From Bacteroidales bacterium UBA6229 (GTDB taxonomy: Bacteria; Bacteroidota; Bacteroidia; Bacteroidales; F082): a DNA stretch of 64,000 nucleotides. The first letter of the stretch is position 1; each line of letters begins with the position of its first letter. Positions 9,850-21,454 of the stretch are shown here, in pieces. The stretch is taken from positions 20,785-84,784 of the forward strand of contig DJWN01000126.1 in assembly GCA_002440975.1 (NCBI GenBank), written 5' to 3'. Under the pieces are notes generated by a model that saw only the letters and a list, made by a program, of their open reading frames with translations, searched no databases and was not told the origin of the DNA. The position numbers and the translations under genes were made by a program.

Positions 9850-12654
9850 TTATTCTGGTTGAAGAAAAATCCTGAGTAATTCCACCAGCTTATCTATGCT
9901 TAAAGGTTTGCTTAGATAGGCATCAAAACCTAACTCGAGGTATTGTTTTTCTTCGCCCAACATGGCATAAGCGGTTATGGCGATAACTGGCATCGCAAGG
10001 TTTTGGTGCCTGATTTGTTTGAATGCTTCTATTCCATCCATTTCGGGCATTTGAATGTCCATGATTACTAAATCGGGTTGATGTTCAACCGCCAGGTCAA
10101 GTGCTATTAATCCGTTTGATGCATGTAAAACATTTAAATTGAGTTTTTTAAGCATCGTTTTGATCAGAAAGAAATTGGTGTCAACATCCTCTGCAACGAG
10201 TATTGTTTTCCCTTTAAAACTGGGTAGATTAGGATAGTGAGGTGCTTGGTCCTCTAATAAAAAAGTTTGATTTTCGGAGCCGGCAGGCAGTGTAAAATAA
10301 AATGCTGTTCCTTTTCCCTGCTGTGATTCCACCCAAATCTTGCCGTTTAATAATTCAACAAGATGCTTGGTGATGGCAAGTCCCAATCCAGTGCCGCCAA
10401 ACATGCGCGTGTGCGAATCGTCTGCTTGCCTGAAGCGTTCAAAAACTACATCCAGCTTATGATCTGGAATACCAATGCCGGTGTCTCTGACAAAAAACTC
10501 ATAAGAACCATTGATGCACAAGGCGCCGAATTCGATTTCGCCAATTTGTGTAAATTTCATGGCATTACTCAGAAGATTTGTCAGGATTTGTTGCAAACGT
10601 AATCTGTCGGTCGTGATTATTGCCGAATTAAGTTCTTCTTGGTGTGTGAGCAAAAGCTTTACATGTGATTTTCCGGTTCTGTCCATTTGTTGGCGGAATC
10701 CTTGCAGCATTTCGTCCATCAGATCAAGCAGCCTGAATTCGGAAGGTTGGATTTTTAATTCACCAGCTTCAATTTTGGAAATATCGATGATGTCGTTGAT
10801 CAGATTTAGGAGCAGCCTGCCGCTCGACTTGATCATTTCGATGAACTCCATTTTTTCTTCCGGGCTGTATTCATCCGTCGAGAGCAGATCAGAAAACCCA
10901 AGTATGGCATTCATCGGCGTTCTGATTTCGTGACTCATATTGGCCAGAAAAGCAGATTTTAGACGGTCAGAATCTTCGGCTTTATTTTTTGCCTCCACAA
11001 GTTCGTTTTCAAAGTTTTTACGCTGGGTCACATCTTCAAAAACGCTTACGATGCCTGCAAACTCTTCTGCATTAAACATGGTTGCAGCTTTGAAGTGGAT
11101 GTGCCTGATTTGCTGATCGAGACGAAGTCTGAATTCTGCTTCAAAAACGCCTTCTTTGGCTTTGTGAGCGTTTTGCCAGATAATGTCCATTTTGTTGCGG
11201 TCTTCGAGTAAAATATTTCTGAACCACAATCCATCAATGAATGATTGCTTTGGAAGGCCAAGAATCCCGGTCAGGTTTTGATTTACAAAAATTATTTTTC
11301 CCCGTGTATCGGTAACCGCTATGCCGAGGGGTGAGGTTTCGCTAATTTTTCTGAATTTTTCTTCACTTTGTTTTAAGGATTGAAAAGTTCGATCCAGGGT
11401 GTCCATTTGCTTTTTTAGTTCCTGAGTTCGCTCTTCCACACGTTCTTCCAGTTGGAGATTCGTGATCTCGAGCAACCGACTTTTGCGTCTGTTTCGCCTG
11501 ACAACAGAGATCAGAACAAAAATAATCAATACTAATATGGTGGCAAGTAATGCAAAAACGATGTAGCGTATTCTGAGTGATTGCTGGGAAAGTTGCAAAC
11601 GCAAGATCTCGTTTTCATCATCAAGCTGTTTGGTTTGATACCGAACTCTTATTTCAGTCATCTCATGATGACGGCGTTCGTTAACCAGAGTATCTTTTAA
11701 TTTGTTGACTAATAATAAGTTATCATAGGCAGTTTTATAATCTTGTTGGGCACTTGCAATTTTCTGGCGTAAGATATAATTGTATAACAATATATTTTTT
11801 TCGTTTGTTTTTTCGGCTAACTCTTTGGCTTTCCCGAGGTAGTTTAATGCTTCTTCGTATTTACCCTGTTCATAAAGATATTCTGCCATCTGGTTATACA
11901 CCTGACTGAGACCAAAATCAGCTTTAGCCTGCAAATAAACAGCTTCTACCTCTTTTAAGTATCGCATGGCATCTTCATACCGGTTTAGTTTAAACATTAC
12001 TTTGGCCAGATTCGCTTTGGTATTAGCCGATTGGGCGGGCAGGTAATGTTTATCGTAGATATTGAGTGCGGCAATAAAATAATCCAGGGCACGAGCCAGG
12101 TTTCCCATTTCTAAAAATACGGTTCCCAAGGCATTTTGCGAATAGGCTATTTGTGGCTCATCGTTTAAAAACTCTTTGATTACCAGGGCATCAGTATGGT
12201 ATTTAATGGCTTGTTCGTAATCTTTATAAAAGAAATGAACCTGGCCGATATTTGCCAATGTAGATGCTGTTCCTGCGCTATCGTTCATTTCCTTGAAATC
12301 ACGCAGGCATTCCAGGTGCAAAGCAAAGGCTTTTTCGTAGATGTGCAATTTACGATAGCAAACAGCTTCTTCGTTTCGTATTTCGGCTTTAAGTTTTTTA
12401 GTGCCCAGAGAATCAGCAAGTGGCATGGCTGCCCGGGCATATTCAATGCCGGAAGCAGGATCAATATTACGAAGGCTTTTGATGAGTGATTTGTAAGTTT
12501 CGAGTTTGGCTATTCCGGCTGTTAATTCAAGCTGATTGCGGAGGCTGTCTGCAATTTTATGACTGTCGGTTTGTGCCTGAAGGCTGGCCTGAAGGCAGGC
12601 CTGAACCAAAAACAGCACAAAAAAAAGAATTACGCGGGTAAAAGATATTTTCAT
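9850..12654 (-). CDS. Hybrid sensor histidine kinase/response regulator with periplasmic TPR repeats and PAS
   Basis: The layout is signal peptide, TPR-like repeats, a TM segment (IVFALLATILVLIIFVLISVV), a coiled coil and a PAS domain. These are followed by the H-box MSHEIRTPMNAI, the HATPase motifs DTGIGI and GGTGLGLAI, and a C-terminal receiver (DIQMPEMDG). Confidence 0.9.
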   Translation of the reverse strand: MKISFTRVILFFVLFLVQACLQASLQAQTDSHKIADSLRNQLELTAGIAKLETYKSLIKSLRNIDPASGIEYARAAMPLADSLGTKKLKAEIRNEEAVCYRKLHIYEKAFALHLECLRDFKEMNDSAGTASTLANIGQVHFFYKDYEQAIKYHTDALVIKEFLNDEPQIAYSQNALGTVFLEMGNLARALDYFIAALNIYDKHYLPAQSANTKANLAKVMFKLNRYEDAMRYLKEVEAVYLQAKADFGLSQVYNQMAEYLYEQGKYEEALNYLGKAKELAEKTNEKNILLYNYILRQKIASAQQDYKTAYDNLLLVNKLKDTLVNERRHHEMTEIRVRYQTKQLDDENEILRLQLSQQSLRIRYIVFALLATILVLIIFVLISVVRRNRRKSRLLEITNLQLEERVEERTQELKKQMDTLDRTFQSLKQSEEKFRKISETSPLGIAVTDTRGKIIFVNQNLTGILGLPKQSFIDGLWFRNILLEDRNKMDIIWQNAHKAKEGVFEAEFRLRLDQQIRHIHFKAATMFNAEEFAGIVSVFEDVTQRKNFENELVEAKNKAEDSDRLKSAFLANMSHEIRTPMNAILGFSDLLSTDEYSPEEKMEFIEMIKSSGRLLLNLINDIIDISKIEAGELKIQPSEFRLLDLMDEMLQGFRQQMDRTGKSHVKLLLTHQEELNSAIITTDRLRLQQILTNLLSNAMKFTQIGEIEFGALCINGSYEFFVRDTGIGIPDHKLDVVFERFRQADDSHTRMFGGTGLGLAITKHLVELLNGKIWVESQQGKGTAFYFTLPAGSENQTFLLEDQAPHYPNLPSFKGKTILVAEDVDTNFFLIKTMLKKLNLNVLHASNGLIALDLAVEHQPDLVIMDIQMPEMDGIEAFKQIRHQNLAMPVIAITAYAMLGEEKQYLELGFDAYLSKPLSIDKLVELLRIFLQPE

Positions 12655-12743
12655 GCCGAATTAGTTTATCCAGACCTGGCTAATGATTGAGCACCACAAA
12701 AATAACAAAGCTTTTCGACAATTGAAAATTACCCTGCGTGATT

Positions 12744-13112
12744 TTATTGTTTCAGGTGTTTTTGTAGCAGCGAAATGAGTTGATTACAATCAATAGGTTT
12801 TGAAAGGTAATCATCGAAAGGGGCGTTGCTTCTGTCAAAAGATGATGTGTCTGTAAAGGTTGAATGGGATATTACTTTTAAATCGGGCCTTAGTTTTTTG
12901 ATTATGAGGGTGGTTTCCAGACCATCTATTCCCGGCATATTATAATCCATTAAAATTGCACTGAGATTGGTTTCTTTTTTTACTATTTCGATAGCTTCAT
13001 AGCCATTTTCGGCCCAGCTCACCAACATCCCGTTTCTTAAAAGCATGGCTTTGATCAGCAGAAAATTGACCTTCAAATCATCCACCACAAGTATATGTTT
13101 GTTAGCTGTCAT
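12744..13112 (-). CDS. Single-domain response regulator (receiver only)
   Basis: This 122-aa protein carries VVDD..MDYNMPGIDG..KP motifs typical of CheY-like receivers. Confidence 0.85.
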   Translation of the reverse strand: MTANKHILVVDDLKVNFLLIKAMLLRNGMLVSWAENGYEAIEIVKKETNLSAILMDYNMPGIDGLETTLIIKKLRPDLKVISHSTFTDTSSFDRSNAPFDDYLSKPIDCNQLISLLQKHLKQ

Positions 13113-13273
13113 TCAAACCTCCATTTAAGGAATAATCTCATTGGCTCTGTTAGCATTAAATATGCCAAATGGATAATCGGCTTACTATCAAATATATACG
13201 ATTTTAATCCAATTGAATAAAAGTTCCAGATATGGATTAAATTCCTGAAAGTGGAATAAATCTAAAAATCAAA

Positions 13274-15409
13274 CTATAAATTTTCGTCAAAATAATTGGT
13301 TATCATTTTAATCAGGTGAGCGCGGTCTTTTCCTCTCACATTGTGTTCGTGGCCTGGATAAACAAAATAATCTACCAGCTTGCCTTCATTAACAGCTGCT
13401 TTGAGGAACGCCAGGCTATGTTGCCAGACCACCACCGGATCGTTTGTTCCGTGAATGATCAACAGTTTTCCCTCCAGTTCATTTACTTTATTAATCAAAC
13501 TGGCTGATTCGTAGCCTTCCGGATTTTCATCGGGTGTGTCCATATAGCGTTCGCCATACATGATTTCGTAATATTTCCAATCAATTACAGGACCGCCAGC
13601 TACAGCTACCTTAAATATCTCGGGATGATGTAGTTTCAGGCTGATCGACATAAAACCACCGTAGCTCCAGCCGTCAACACCAATCCGGTTTTGATCTACA
13701 AAAGGCAGTGTTTTTAAATAGTTTATGCCAGTAAGCTGATCTTTGATTTCTGTTTTGCCTAGCTGCCTGTGAATGATTTGTTCAAATTCGGCACCCCGAT
13801 TGGCCGAACCACGATTGTCGAGCGTGAAAACGATATAACCCTGTTGGGCAAGATAATTCAGATAAAAATTAGCTCCACCCAGCCAACTGTTGGTAATCAA
13901 TTGAGCATGAGGGCCTCCGTAAACATATACAATCACCGGATATTTTTTAGTGCTGTCCAGATTGGGTGGTGTAATCAACCGGGCATAAAGTATTGTTCCA
14001 TCCTCAGCTTTCAGTTCCATGATTTCTGTTTTCCCTAAGGCATAATCTTTTAGCGGATCTTTTGATTGCAATAAGGTTTTGATCACCTTGCCTTTTCCAT
14101 CAGCTAATTGAATTGTGTTGGCAGTTTCCAGATTACTGTATGAATCCAGGAGGTATTTCCCGTTTTTGGACATAGAAACATGATGAGTGCCGGCTGTTTG
14201 CGTTAACCGAATCATTTTGCCTTTTTGATGGTCAAGTTTATATAAATGTCTTTCCAGCGGACTTTCGGTTGTGGAATAGAAATAAACAAATTTCCCGGAA
14301 GCATCGAAGAATGGCTCGGCAGTGATCATCCAATTTCCTGAAGTTAGTTGCTTGAGCAGCTCTCCTTTAGTGGAATAAAGGTACATATGCCGGAACCCGT
14401 CTCTTTCGCTTAACCAAATGAATTGGTCTGGTTTATTTGGCAGGAAGTAAGCCGGAAACTGTGGTTCGACGTATTGCGGGTCTTTTTCTTCGAATAGGGT
14501 TTTCTCAAAACTGCCATCCGCTGAGTTGTAGGCATTAAATTTGAAATGATTTTGCTCCCGATTGAGGATTCCGATATAGATTTTTTGGCCTGAAGGATCC
14601 CAGCTTATGGCTGTAAGGTATTGTTCTTCAGGTTCTCCAGTTTCAAGTGTAACTGTTGTTTTGCTTGTTAGGTCATAAATCTTTAATTTCACTTCATGGC
14701 TTTTCATGCCGGCCATGGGATAAGGTTCATTTTTGAGTGTGGCTATACGTTCATCGGTATTAACCAGCGGATAATTGGTCACCATACGCTCGTCCATCTG
14801 ATAAAAAGCCAGTTTGCGGCCATCTTTCGACCAGAAAATACCTCCGCTGATTCCAAATTCGTTTCGGTGAACCGATTGCCCGCTCACAACGCCTTTTGGA
14901 TCGTCAGTAATTTGAATATGATTTTCGCCCTTAGCGAGAAAAAGATTGTTATCTATGGTATAGGCGGTTTGCAAATCTTGCTCAAAAACGACCTTATTTG
15001 CTGCGTTTTCCGGAAAACTTGTAATCTGTTGAATCGTCCCGAAATCGGCAGAAAGTTGTAAGAGTTTATCCTGATCAAAAAACCAACCGCTGCCATCTTC
15101 CAGCCAATTGATAGCAGGAAACCGCTTCAGACTGTCAAGCTGCTGTTTTGTGGTGAGTGAATTAAGCGTGTTAAGCGTGAAGAGCACCTTGGTTTTGCCT
15201 GATTTTGCATCAGTTAGCCACAAGGTGTCTTTTTCCAAATGCAGGTAACTATCGGTGTGGCCAAACCATTTTAACTGTTGCATCCGATCCGGAAACAATG
15301 CCGGATTCATCCAGGCGGCATCTGTTTCAGTTAGTTGTTTGTTCTGAGCAAAAAGGTCTTGACTGGTAAAAGCCAGCAACATTAATACTAAAAGCTGTAA
15401 TTTTTTCAT
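13274..15409 (-). CDS. Dipeptidyl-peptidase IV family serine peptidase (S9B)
   Basis: The protein has a signal peptide and an N-terminal beta-propeller region. The catalytic Ser motif is DGWSYGGFMS, with downstream ..HGTNDPVV.. and ..PGHEHN.. (Asp/His). Confidence 0.9.
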   Translation of the reverse strand: MKKLQLLVLMLLAFTSQDLFAQNKQLTETDAAWMNPALFPDRMQQLKWFGHTDSYLHLEKDTLWLTDAKSGKTKVLFTLNTLNSLTTKQQLDSLKRFPAINWLEDGSGWFFDQDKLLQLSADFGTIQQITSFPENAANKVVFEQDLQTAYTIDNNLFLAKGENHIQITDDPKGVVSGQSVHRNEFGISGGIFWSKDGRKLAFYQMDERMVTNYPLVNTDERIATLKNEPYPMAGMKSHEVKLKIYDLTSKTTVTLETGEPEEQYLTAISWDPSGQKIYIGILNREQNHFKFNAYNSADGSFEKTLFEEKDPQYVEPQFPAYFLPNKPDQFIWLSERDGFRHMYLYSTKGELLKQLTSGNWMITAEPFFDASGKFVYFYSTTESPLERHLYKLDHQKGKMIRLTQTAGTHHVSMSKNGKYLLDSYSNLETANTIQLADGKGKVIKTLLQSKDPLKDYALGKTEIMELKAEDGTILYARLITPPNLDSTKKYPVIVYVYGGPHAQLITNSWLGGANFYLNYLAQQGYIVFTLDNRGSANRGAEFEQIIHRQLGKTEIKDQLTGINYLKTLPFVDQNRIGVDGWSYGGFMSISLKLHHPEIFKVAVAGGPVIDWKYYEIMYGERYMDTPDENPEGYESASLINKVNELEGKLLIIHGTNDPVVVWQHSLAFLKAAVNEGKLVDYFVYPGHEHNVRGKDRAHLIKMITNYFDENL

Positions 15410-15500
15410 AGTAAGAAGCTGAAATAGGAATTAGCCCGCAAATTAAAGAAAATCTGCAATTGAGCCTGAAAAGAAAAGTATGAGGTGTAGTTCACTCAGC

Positions 15501-16229
15501 TTAATATGCCTCGTGAACAGCTTCGGCAAACGATTTCAGCAGTTCAGGATTGTTTTCTAAAGCATTGCCAACTACTACGATATCAGCTCCTGCATGCACC
15601 GCATTAGCAGCCATCTCGGGTGTTTTTAGTCCGCCGCCAATAATCAATGGCACATCGATGCTGCCTTTTACTGCTTTGATCATGGATTCGGGTACTGGAT
15701 TATACGCACCTGAACCGGCGTCCATAAAAATTAATTTCATGCCCAACATCTCGCCTGCCATAGCCGTGCACAGGGCAATCTCATTTTTGTCGGATGGAAT
15801 CGGAACGCTGTTGCTCATATAGCTTACCGTGGTTGGTTTTCCGCTGTCGATAAGCATATAACCCGTCGAAATTACTTCAAGGCCTGCAAGTTTTAGGTAA
15901 GGAGCCGAGATGACATGCCGGCCAATCAGCATTTCCGGATTACGACTGGAGATCAGGCTTAAAAACAGAAATGCATCTGCTTTTTTGCTGAGTTGTAGCG
16001 AATTGCCCGGGAAAATAATAACGGGAATGTCAGTTAGTGTTTTAAGTATTTTAATACAACTATCCATATTATCATTGGTGAGCAGGCTGCCGCCAACAAA
16101 AAAGAAATCGACTGCGGCCTCTTTGGCATTTATGGCCAGTGCAGTAATAGTTTCGTCAGTGGGCTTATCCGGATCTACCAGCACAGCGATTTTTTTCCCC
16201 GGAGAATTGAGTTGGTTGTAAACATTCAT
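15501..16229 (-). CDS. Geranylgeranylglyceryl/heptaprenylglyceryl phosphate synthase family protein (PcrB/GGGPS-like)
   Basis: This is a TIM-barrel-type sequence with ..FFVGGS.., ..IFPG.., ..DAGSGA.. and ..IIGGGLKTPE..GADIVVVGNALE. I chose the ATG at 16229; the upstream GTG at 16274 adds 15 aa. Confidence 0.8.
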   Translation of the reverse strand: MNVYNQLNSPGKKIAVLVDPDKPTDETITALAINAKEAAVDFFFVGGSLLTNDNMDSCIKILKTLTDIPVIIFPGNSLQLSKKADAFLFLSLISSRNPEMLIGRHVISAPYLKLAGLEVISTGYMLIDSGKPTTVSYMSNSVPIPSDKNEIALCTAMAGEMLGMKLIFMDAGSGAYNPVPESMIKAVKGSIDVPLIIGGGLKTPEMAANAVHAGADIVVVGNALENNPELLKSFAEAVHEAY

Positions 16230-16397
16230 AATTTGGTGCTTATTGTTTGGAAAATCAGCAACTATACGCGTCACAAAATTAATAATTCCACTTAACCAAT
16301 CGGCTTATCCGGAAGGTAAATTTTAGTCAACCGCATTGATCAGGATAATAGTGGATATTTAAGCTGTTTAAGAATAGGGAAATAGATGGTTTTTGGT

Positions 16398-17363
16398 TTA
16401 AAAAACGGCTTCTGCAATTTTCCTGATATTATCAGATTTGCCCATAGTATAAAAATGCAAAACAGGGGTTTTATTTGCGATAAGTTCTTTGGCTTGCGCG
16501 ATAGTCCACTCAACACCCAATTGCCTAACGGCTTTGTTGTCTTTGCATTTTTTGATTTCGTTTACAAGGGTTTCCGGCAGATCGATGTGAAATGTTTGTG
16601 GTAGTTTTTGTAAATGCGAAAGCACCGAAACAGGCTTTAAACCTGCTATCACAGGCACATTGATTCCGGCAGCACGACAGCTGTCAACAAAATTGAAATA
16701 CTTCTGGTTATCAAAAAACATCTGGGTTACAATATAGGAAGCACCAGCATCAATTTTAGCTTTCAAATGTTGCAGATCGCTTTCCAGGTTGGGCGATTCC
16801 ATGTGTTTTTCGGGGTAGCCTGCTACACCCATGCAAAAATTGGTTGGCGTTGAATTCTGCAGATCTTCGTCCAGGTATTTACCGTGATTAAGGTTTTGAA
16901 CCTGTTTCACCAGATCGATAGCATGGGCATGGCCGCCAGGTTCTGCCTGAAAATATTTTACCGAAGGCTGTGGATCGCCCCGTACGATCAGCAGGTTTTT
17001 CACACCAAGAAAATGAAGATCAATCAAAGCGTTCTCAGTTTCCTCACGGGTGAAGCCGCCGCAGATGATATGGGGCACCACATTGACATGATAACGGTAC
17101 ATCAAGGCAGCTGCAATGCCAACAGTTCCAGGGCGTTTGCGAACAGTTTGCTTTTCGAGCAGGCCGTTTTGAAGTTGTTTATATTCAAATTCTTCCTGAT
17201 GGTAGGTTACATTTACAAAAGCGGGCTCAAAATCCATCAGCGGCTCAACAGCCTGCTGGATATGCTCAAAATGCTGGCCTTTTAGGGGTGGCAAGATTTC
17301 GAAGGAAAACAAGGTATTATCAGATTTTGCAATTTGTGAAGTAACACTGGGTAGTTCGAGCAT
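16398..17363 (-). CDS. metF: Methylenetetrahydrofolate reductase
   Basis: This 321-aa protein starts FSFEILPPLKG... and contains ..VPHIICGG.. and ..LLIVRGDP... It lies 2 bp downstream of metH. Confidence 0.9.
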   Translation of the reverse strand: MLELPSVTSQIAKSDNTLFSFEILPPLKGQHFEHIQQAVEPLMDFEPAFVNVTYHQEEFEYKQLQNGLLEKQTVRKRPGTVGIAAALMYRYHVNVVPHIICGGFTREETENALIDLHFLGVKNLLIVRGDPQPSVKYFQAEPGGHAHAIDLVKQVQNLNHGKYLDEDLQNSTPTNFCMGVAGYPEKHMESPNLESDLQHLKAKIDAGASYIVTQMFFDNQKYFNFVDSCRAAGINVPVIAGLKPVSVLSHLQKLPQTFHIDLPETLVNEIKKCKDNKAVRQLGVEWTIAQAKELIANKTPVLHFYTMGKSDNIRKIAEAVF

Positions 17364-17365
17364 GG

Positions 17366-20300
17366 TTAGTAGTTGAGGTTTGCGTTTAAAAGTCTTTCTG
17401 TTTCAGTGATTGACCGGTTGATGCGTTTGCTGTAATCTGCAATCTGATCTCTGCTGATTTTTCCTACGGTAAAATACTGCGCATAAGGATGTGCAAAATA
17501 AAAACCGCTTACTGACGCTGCCGGATACATGGCATAATTTTCGGTAAGTTGCACACCAGTATGCTTTTTGGCTTCAAGCAGGTCGAACAGCTTTTGTTTT
17601 TCGGAATGTTCCGGACAGGCCGGATAGCCTGGTGCCGGCCTGATGCCTTGATAATTCTCCTTTAGTAAGGCTGTGATATCCATGTCTTCGTCAGGAGCAT
17701 AAGCCCATATTTCTTTTCGCACCATAACATGCAGGTATTCGGCAAAAGCTTCGGCAAGACGATCGGCAAGTATTTTGGACATAATCGCATTGTAATCATC
17801 ATTTTGCGATTCAAAATGATCCACAAGTTCTTGTGTGCCATGTCCGGCTGTTACTACAAAACCGCCAAGATAATCCATTATTCCTGCCTCTTTTTGTGCT
17901 ATAAAGTCGGCAAGACAAAGATTGGGATAGCCTTGTTTTTTTTGCTGTTGGTTGCGCAAAAACTCAAAATGAGTGAGTTGCAAATCATGGTTTTCTGGTC
18001 TGAAAACCTGCACACTGTCCCCAACTGCCAGTGCCGGAAAAATGCCGGCTACTCCTTTGGCCGTAAGAAGTTTGTTCTGAATGATATGATCCAACAACTT
18101 TTGGGCATCATCAAAAAGTTTACGGGCTTCATCGCCTTTGAAAAGATCGCCCAAAATCTGTGGGTACTTGCCATTTATCCGCCAGGAATGGAAAAAGAAA
18201 GTCCAGTCGATATAGGGTTTTAAGAGATTCAAATCCAAATCTTTGACAACCGTTATCCCAGGTTTTAAAGGGTTTTTAATTGTTTGAGTTGAAAATTCGC
18301 CTTTGAAGCGATTAGCCCGGGCAACTTCGAGGCTTACATAGCTATCCCCGGTTTTCGATTGTTGATATTTTTGACGTAAATGCTCATATCTCGTGCTGAT
18401 TTCCAACTGAAAAGTTTGCTTTTTCGTTTCATTTCCAAGTAACTGGCCTATTATTTGTGTAACTTTGGAAGCATCTCTCACGTGAATTACAGGAGCTTCA
18501 TACGCAGGCGAGATTTTCACTGCGGTATGCACTTCAGAAGTTGTTGCACCACCGATCAGTAAAGGGATTTTCATTTTTCTGTTGTGCATTTCAGTGGCCA
18601 CATGGGTCATTTCTTCCAGCGAAGGCGTAATCAAGCCGCTGAGGCCGATAATATCAACATTTTCGCTGACAGCTGTTTCCAGAATTTTTTCGGCAGGAAC
18701 CATCACACCGAGGTCGATCACTTCGTAATTATTGCAGCCCAGTACTACGCTGACAATGTTTTTGCCAATGTCATGAACATCTCCTTTCACAGTGGCCAGC
18801 AGTACTTTACCGGCCGAGCTGCTGATGCTGGTTTTTTCTGCTTCAATGTACGGGAGCAGCACCGCCACCGCTTTTTTCATTACACGTGCACTTTTAACTA
18901 CCTGCGGTAAAAACATCCGGCCGTCGCCGAAAAGTTCACCTACCACATTCATACCGTCCATCAAGGGCCCTTCAATCACATCCAATGCCCGCAGAAAGTC
19001 AGTTCTTACCTGAAGCACATCTTCTTCGATGTGTTCAGCATTTCCTTTGATAAGCGCAAGTTTGATGCGTTCGTTGAGTGGAAGGTCCATCCAGGGGTCT
19101 GCTTTTTCGCCTTTTTCAGTTGATTTTTGAACCTGTGCTGCAAAGGCTAAAAGTTTTTCGGTGGCATCCGGTTTGCGGTTGAGTACCAGATCTTTGGTAA
19201 GCTCAAGCAAAACGGGATCAATTTCATCATAAATCTGCAACATTCCCGGGTTTACAATGCCCATATCCATCCCGGCTTTGATGGCGTGATAAAGAAAAAC
19301 AGCATGAATGGCTTCGCGCACAGTATCGTTTCCGCGAAAGGCAAAGGACAGATTACTCACACCTCCGCTTACTTTGGCAAAAGGCAGATTTTTCTTTATC
19401 CACCAGGTAGCATTGATGTATTCAACGGCATAGTTATTATGTTCGGAGATGCCGGTTCCAATAGACAGAATATTGGGATCGAAGATGATATCTTCGGGAG
19501 GAAAATTGATTTTTTTGGTAAGCAAATCGTACGCTCGTTGGCAGATCTCGATTTTGCGGGCATAATCTGCTGCCTGTCCGCTTTCGTCGAAGGCCATCAC
19601 CACAACGGCAGCGCCATATTTTTTGATCTTGTTAGCTTGATCCAAAAAGACTTTTTCCCCTTCTTTCAGGCTGATGGAGTTGACGATAGCTTTGCCCTGC
19701 ACACATTTCAGGCCGGCTTCGAGCACTTCCCAGCGCGAGGAGTCGATCATCACCGGAAGTTTTGCGATGTCAGGATCAGCCATCAGGAGATTCAGAAAGG
19801 TCACCATTTCGTGTTTGGCATCCAGCAAACCATCGTCCATATTGATGTCCAAAACCTGTGCGCCGCCTTCAACCTGATGACGGGCTATGCTAAGTGCTTC
19901 TTCATATTTCTTTTCGCGGATGAGTCGGGCAAATTTTCGGGAACCGCTTACATTGGTTCGTTCGCCAATATTGACAAAATTTTGTTGCCGGTTAACTTTT
20001 ACGGGTTCAAGACCCGAAAAAATTGTTTCATGACGATTTTCCGGAATTTTTCGTGCCTCGGCTTTAAGTGCCAGATTAGCAAAGGATTGGATGTGTTTTG
20101 GTGTGGTGCCACAGCAACCGCCTATTATATTAACAAAACCATGCTCAACGAAATCGTGAAGATGACCTGCCATGATTTCGGGACTTTCATCGTATTCACC
20201 AAACTGATTGGGAAGGCCGGCATTAGGATATGCGCTAACCGGCAAACTGGCTTTTTTGCTTAGTTCTTCAATATAGGGGCGCATTTGAGCTGCTCCCAGG

Positions 20301-21043
20301 GCACAGTTCAGCCCGATGCTAATCAAATCGACATGTTTTACGGAGGTTAGGAACGCTTCAACTGTTTGCCCGGAGAGCGTTCGTCCGCTGGCATCAGTAA
20401 TCGTTCCGGAAAGCATTACACCTAATTTACGGCCAAGCTTTTCCTGCAGGTTTTGAACGGCAAAAAGTGCAGCTTTGGCATTAAGGGTGTCGAAAACTGT
20501 TTCAATCAATAACACATCAGCTCCGCCGTCTATAAGTGCTTCGGCTTGTTCAAAATAGGTTTCGACAAGCTGATCGAAGCTGACTGCACGAAAGCCGGGA
20601 TCATTCACTTCGGGCGACATGGATGCGGTTTTGTTGGTGGGGCCTAATGCTCCGGCAACAAAGCGTGGTTTATCAGGCTGTTTTGCTGTGTATTCATCAG
20701 CAGCTTTCCGGGCCAGTTGAGCCGAAGCAAAATTCAATGCTTTCACTTGACGTTCCAGACCATAATCGGCCTGCGAAATGCGGTTGGCATTAAAAGTATT
20801 GGTTTCGATGATATCGGCTCCGGCATCCAGATAGGCACTATGTATTTTATAGATGAGTTCAGGCTGCGTAAGTGAAAGCAAATCGTTATTACCTTGCTGT
20901 GGGAAAGGATGATTGGCAAAAAGCTCACCGGCATAATCCTTGGCCTTGAGTTTTTCCTGCTGAATCATAGTTCCCATTGCCCCATCAAGTACAAGTATTT
21001 TAGTTTTGAGAAGTTCTTTAAGTTGTTCGAGTCGGTTAATCAT
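17366..21043 (-). CDS. metH: Cobalamin-dependent methionine synthase
   Basis: The domains in order are Hcy-methyltransferase, pterin-binding, B12-binding ([11 protein letters not shown], the DxHxxG motif) and the AdoMet-activation domain. I chose the ATG at 21043 ([12 protein letters not shown]); the ORF-track start at 21079 is a TTG extension. Confidence 0.95.
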   Translation of the reverse strand: MINRLEQLKELLKTKILVLDGAMGTMIQQEKLKAKDYAGELFANHPFPQQGNNDLLSLTQPELIYKIHSAYLDAGADIIETNTFNANRISQADYGLERQVKALNFASAQLARKAADEYTAKQPDKPRFVAGALGPTNKTASMSPEVNDPGFRAVSFDQLVETYFEQAEALIDGGADVLLIETVFDTLNAKAALFAVQNLQEKLGRKLGVMLSGTITDASGRTLSGQTVEAFLTSVKHVDLISIGLNCALGAAQMRPYIEELSKKASLPVSAYPNAGLPNQFGEYDESPEIMAGHLHDFVEHGFVNIIGGCCGTTPKHIQSFANLALKAEARKIPENRHETIFSGLEPVKVNRQQNFVNIGERTNVSGSRKFARLIREKKYEEALSIARHQVEGGAQVLDINMDDGLLDAKHEMVTFLNLLMADPDIAKLPVMIDSSRWEVLEAGLKCVQGKAIVNSISLKEGEKVFLDQANKIKKYGAAVVVMAFDESGQAADYARKIEICQRAYDLLTKKINFPPEDIIFDPNILSIGTGISEHNNYAVEYINATWWIKKNLPFAKVSGGVSNLSFAFRGNDTVREAIHAVFLYHAIKAGMDMGIVNPGMLQIYDEIDPVLLELTKDLVLNRKPDATEKLLAFAAQVQKSTEKGEKADPWMDLPLNERIKLALIKGNAEHIEEDVLQVRTDFLRALDVIEGPLMDGMNVVGELFGDGRMFLPQVVKSARVMKKAVAVLLPYIEAEKTSISSSAGKVLLATVKGDVHDIGKNIVSVVLGCNNYEVIDLGVMVPAEKILETAVSENVDIIGLSGLITPSLEEMTHVATEMHNRKMKIPLLIGGATTSEVHTAVKISPAYEAPVIHVRDASKVTQIIGQLLGNETKKQTFQLEISTRYEHLRQKYQQSKTGDSYVSLEVARANRFKGEFSTQTIKNPLKPGITVVKDLDLNLLKPYIDWTFFFHSWRINGKYPQILGDLFKGDEARKLFDDAQKLLDHIIQNKLLTAKGVAGIFPALAVGDSVQVFRPENHDLQLTHFEFLRNQQQKKQGYPNLCLADFIAQKEAGIMDYLGGFVVTAGHGTQELVDHFESQNDDYNAIMSKILADRLAEAFAEYLHVMVRKEIWAYAPDEDMDITALLKENYQGIRPAPGYPACPEHSEKQKLFDLLEAKKHTGVQLTENYAMYPAASVSGFYFAHPYAQYFTVGKISRDQIADYSKRINRSITETERLLNANLNY

Positions 21044-21143
21044 GGCAAAATGGTTTGTGCAACAAAGAATGCATAACAAAAGTAGTGAGTGACGGGAAGG
21101 TACAAAATGGCAATTAATTGCTGCATGGGTTTTTACTTATTTA

Positions 21144-21250
21144 ATTTATCATCACCTGACCAAAGGCCGGTTTAGGTTTTAGCACCACTCCTTACAGGGA
21201 AGGTTGCTAGAGCTTCGTTGAGCCTAGTCTCTCCACTCTTCTTTATAAAT
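21144..21250 (-). promoter_or_regulatory. SAM-I (S-box)-type riboswitch in the metH-metF leader
   Basis: The minus strand reads AUUUAUAAAGAAGAGUGGAGAGACUAGGCUCAACGAAGCUCUAGCAACCUUCCCUGUAAGGAGUGGUGCUAAAACCUAAACC..GAUGAUAAAU. P1 is AUUUAU/AUAAAU. The AGAG.GG.GAGA, GCAACC and GGUGCUAA blocks occur in the SAM-I order. A weak hairpin plus U-run (about 21104-21128) follows, about 100 nt upstream of the metH ATG. Confidence 0.7.
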
Positions 21251-21454
21251 CAAACGGACCCTTACAAGGGAATGAGGAGGTCAATTTGAAATACGATGAT
21301 GCAAAATAACAACAAATCTTGTGTTTTTGCAATTATTTGTATTTAATCTAAATTGCAACACTAAGTTTGATTTCATAAACAACACACACACAGCTAATTA
21401 AATCAAATCACACGAGTTATATGAGTGATACAACACAACAATTACCTGCTGTTT

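Noticed and set aside
19286-20263. 325-aa plus-strand ORF (and several 60-165-aa ones) inside metH
   Set aside because: It is entirely antisense to a full-length, motif-rich metH. The translation is low-complexity (F/G/I/H-rich) with no recognisable motifs. This is a typical shadow ORF.
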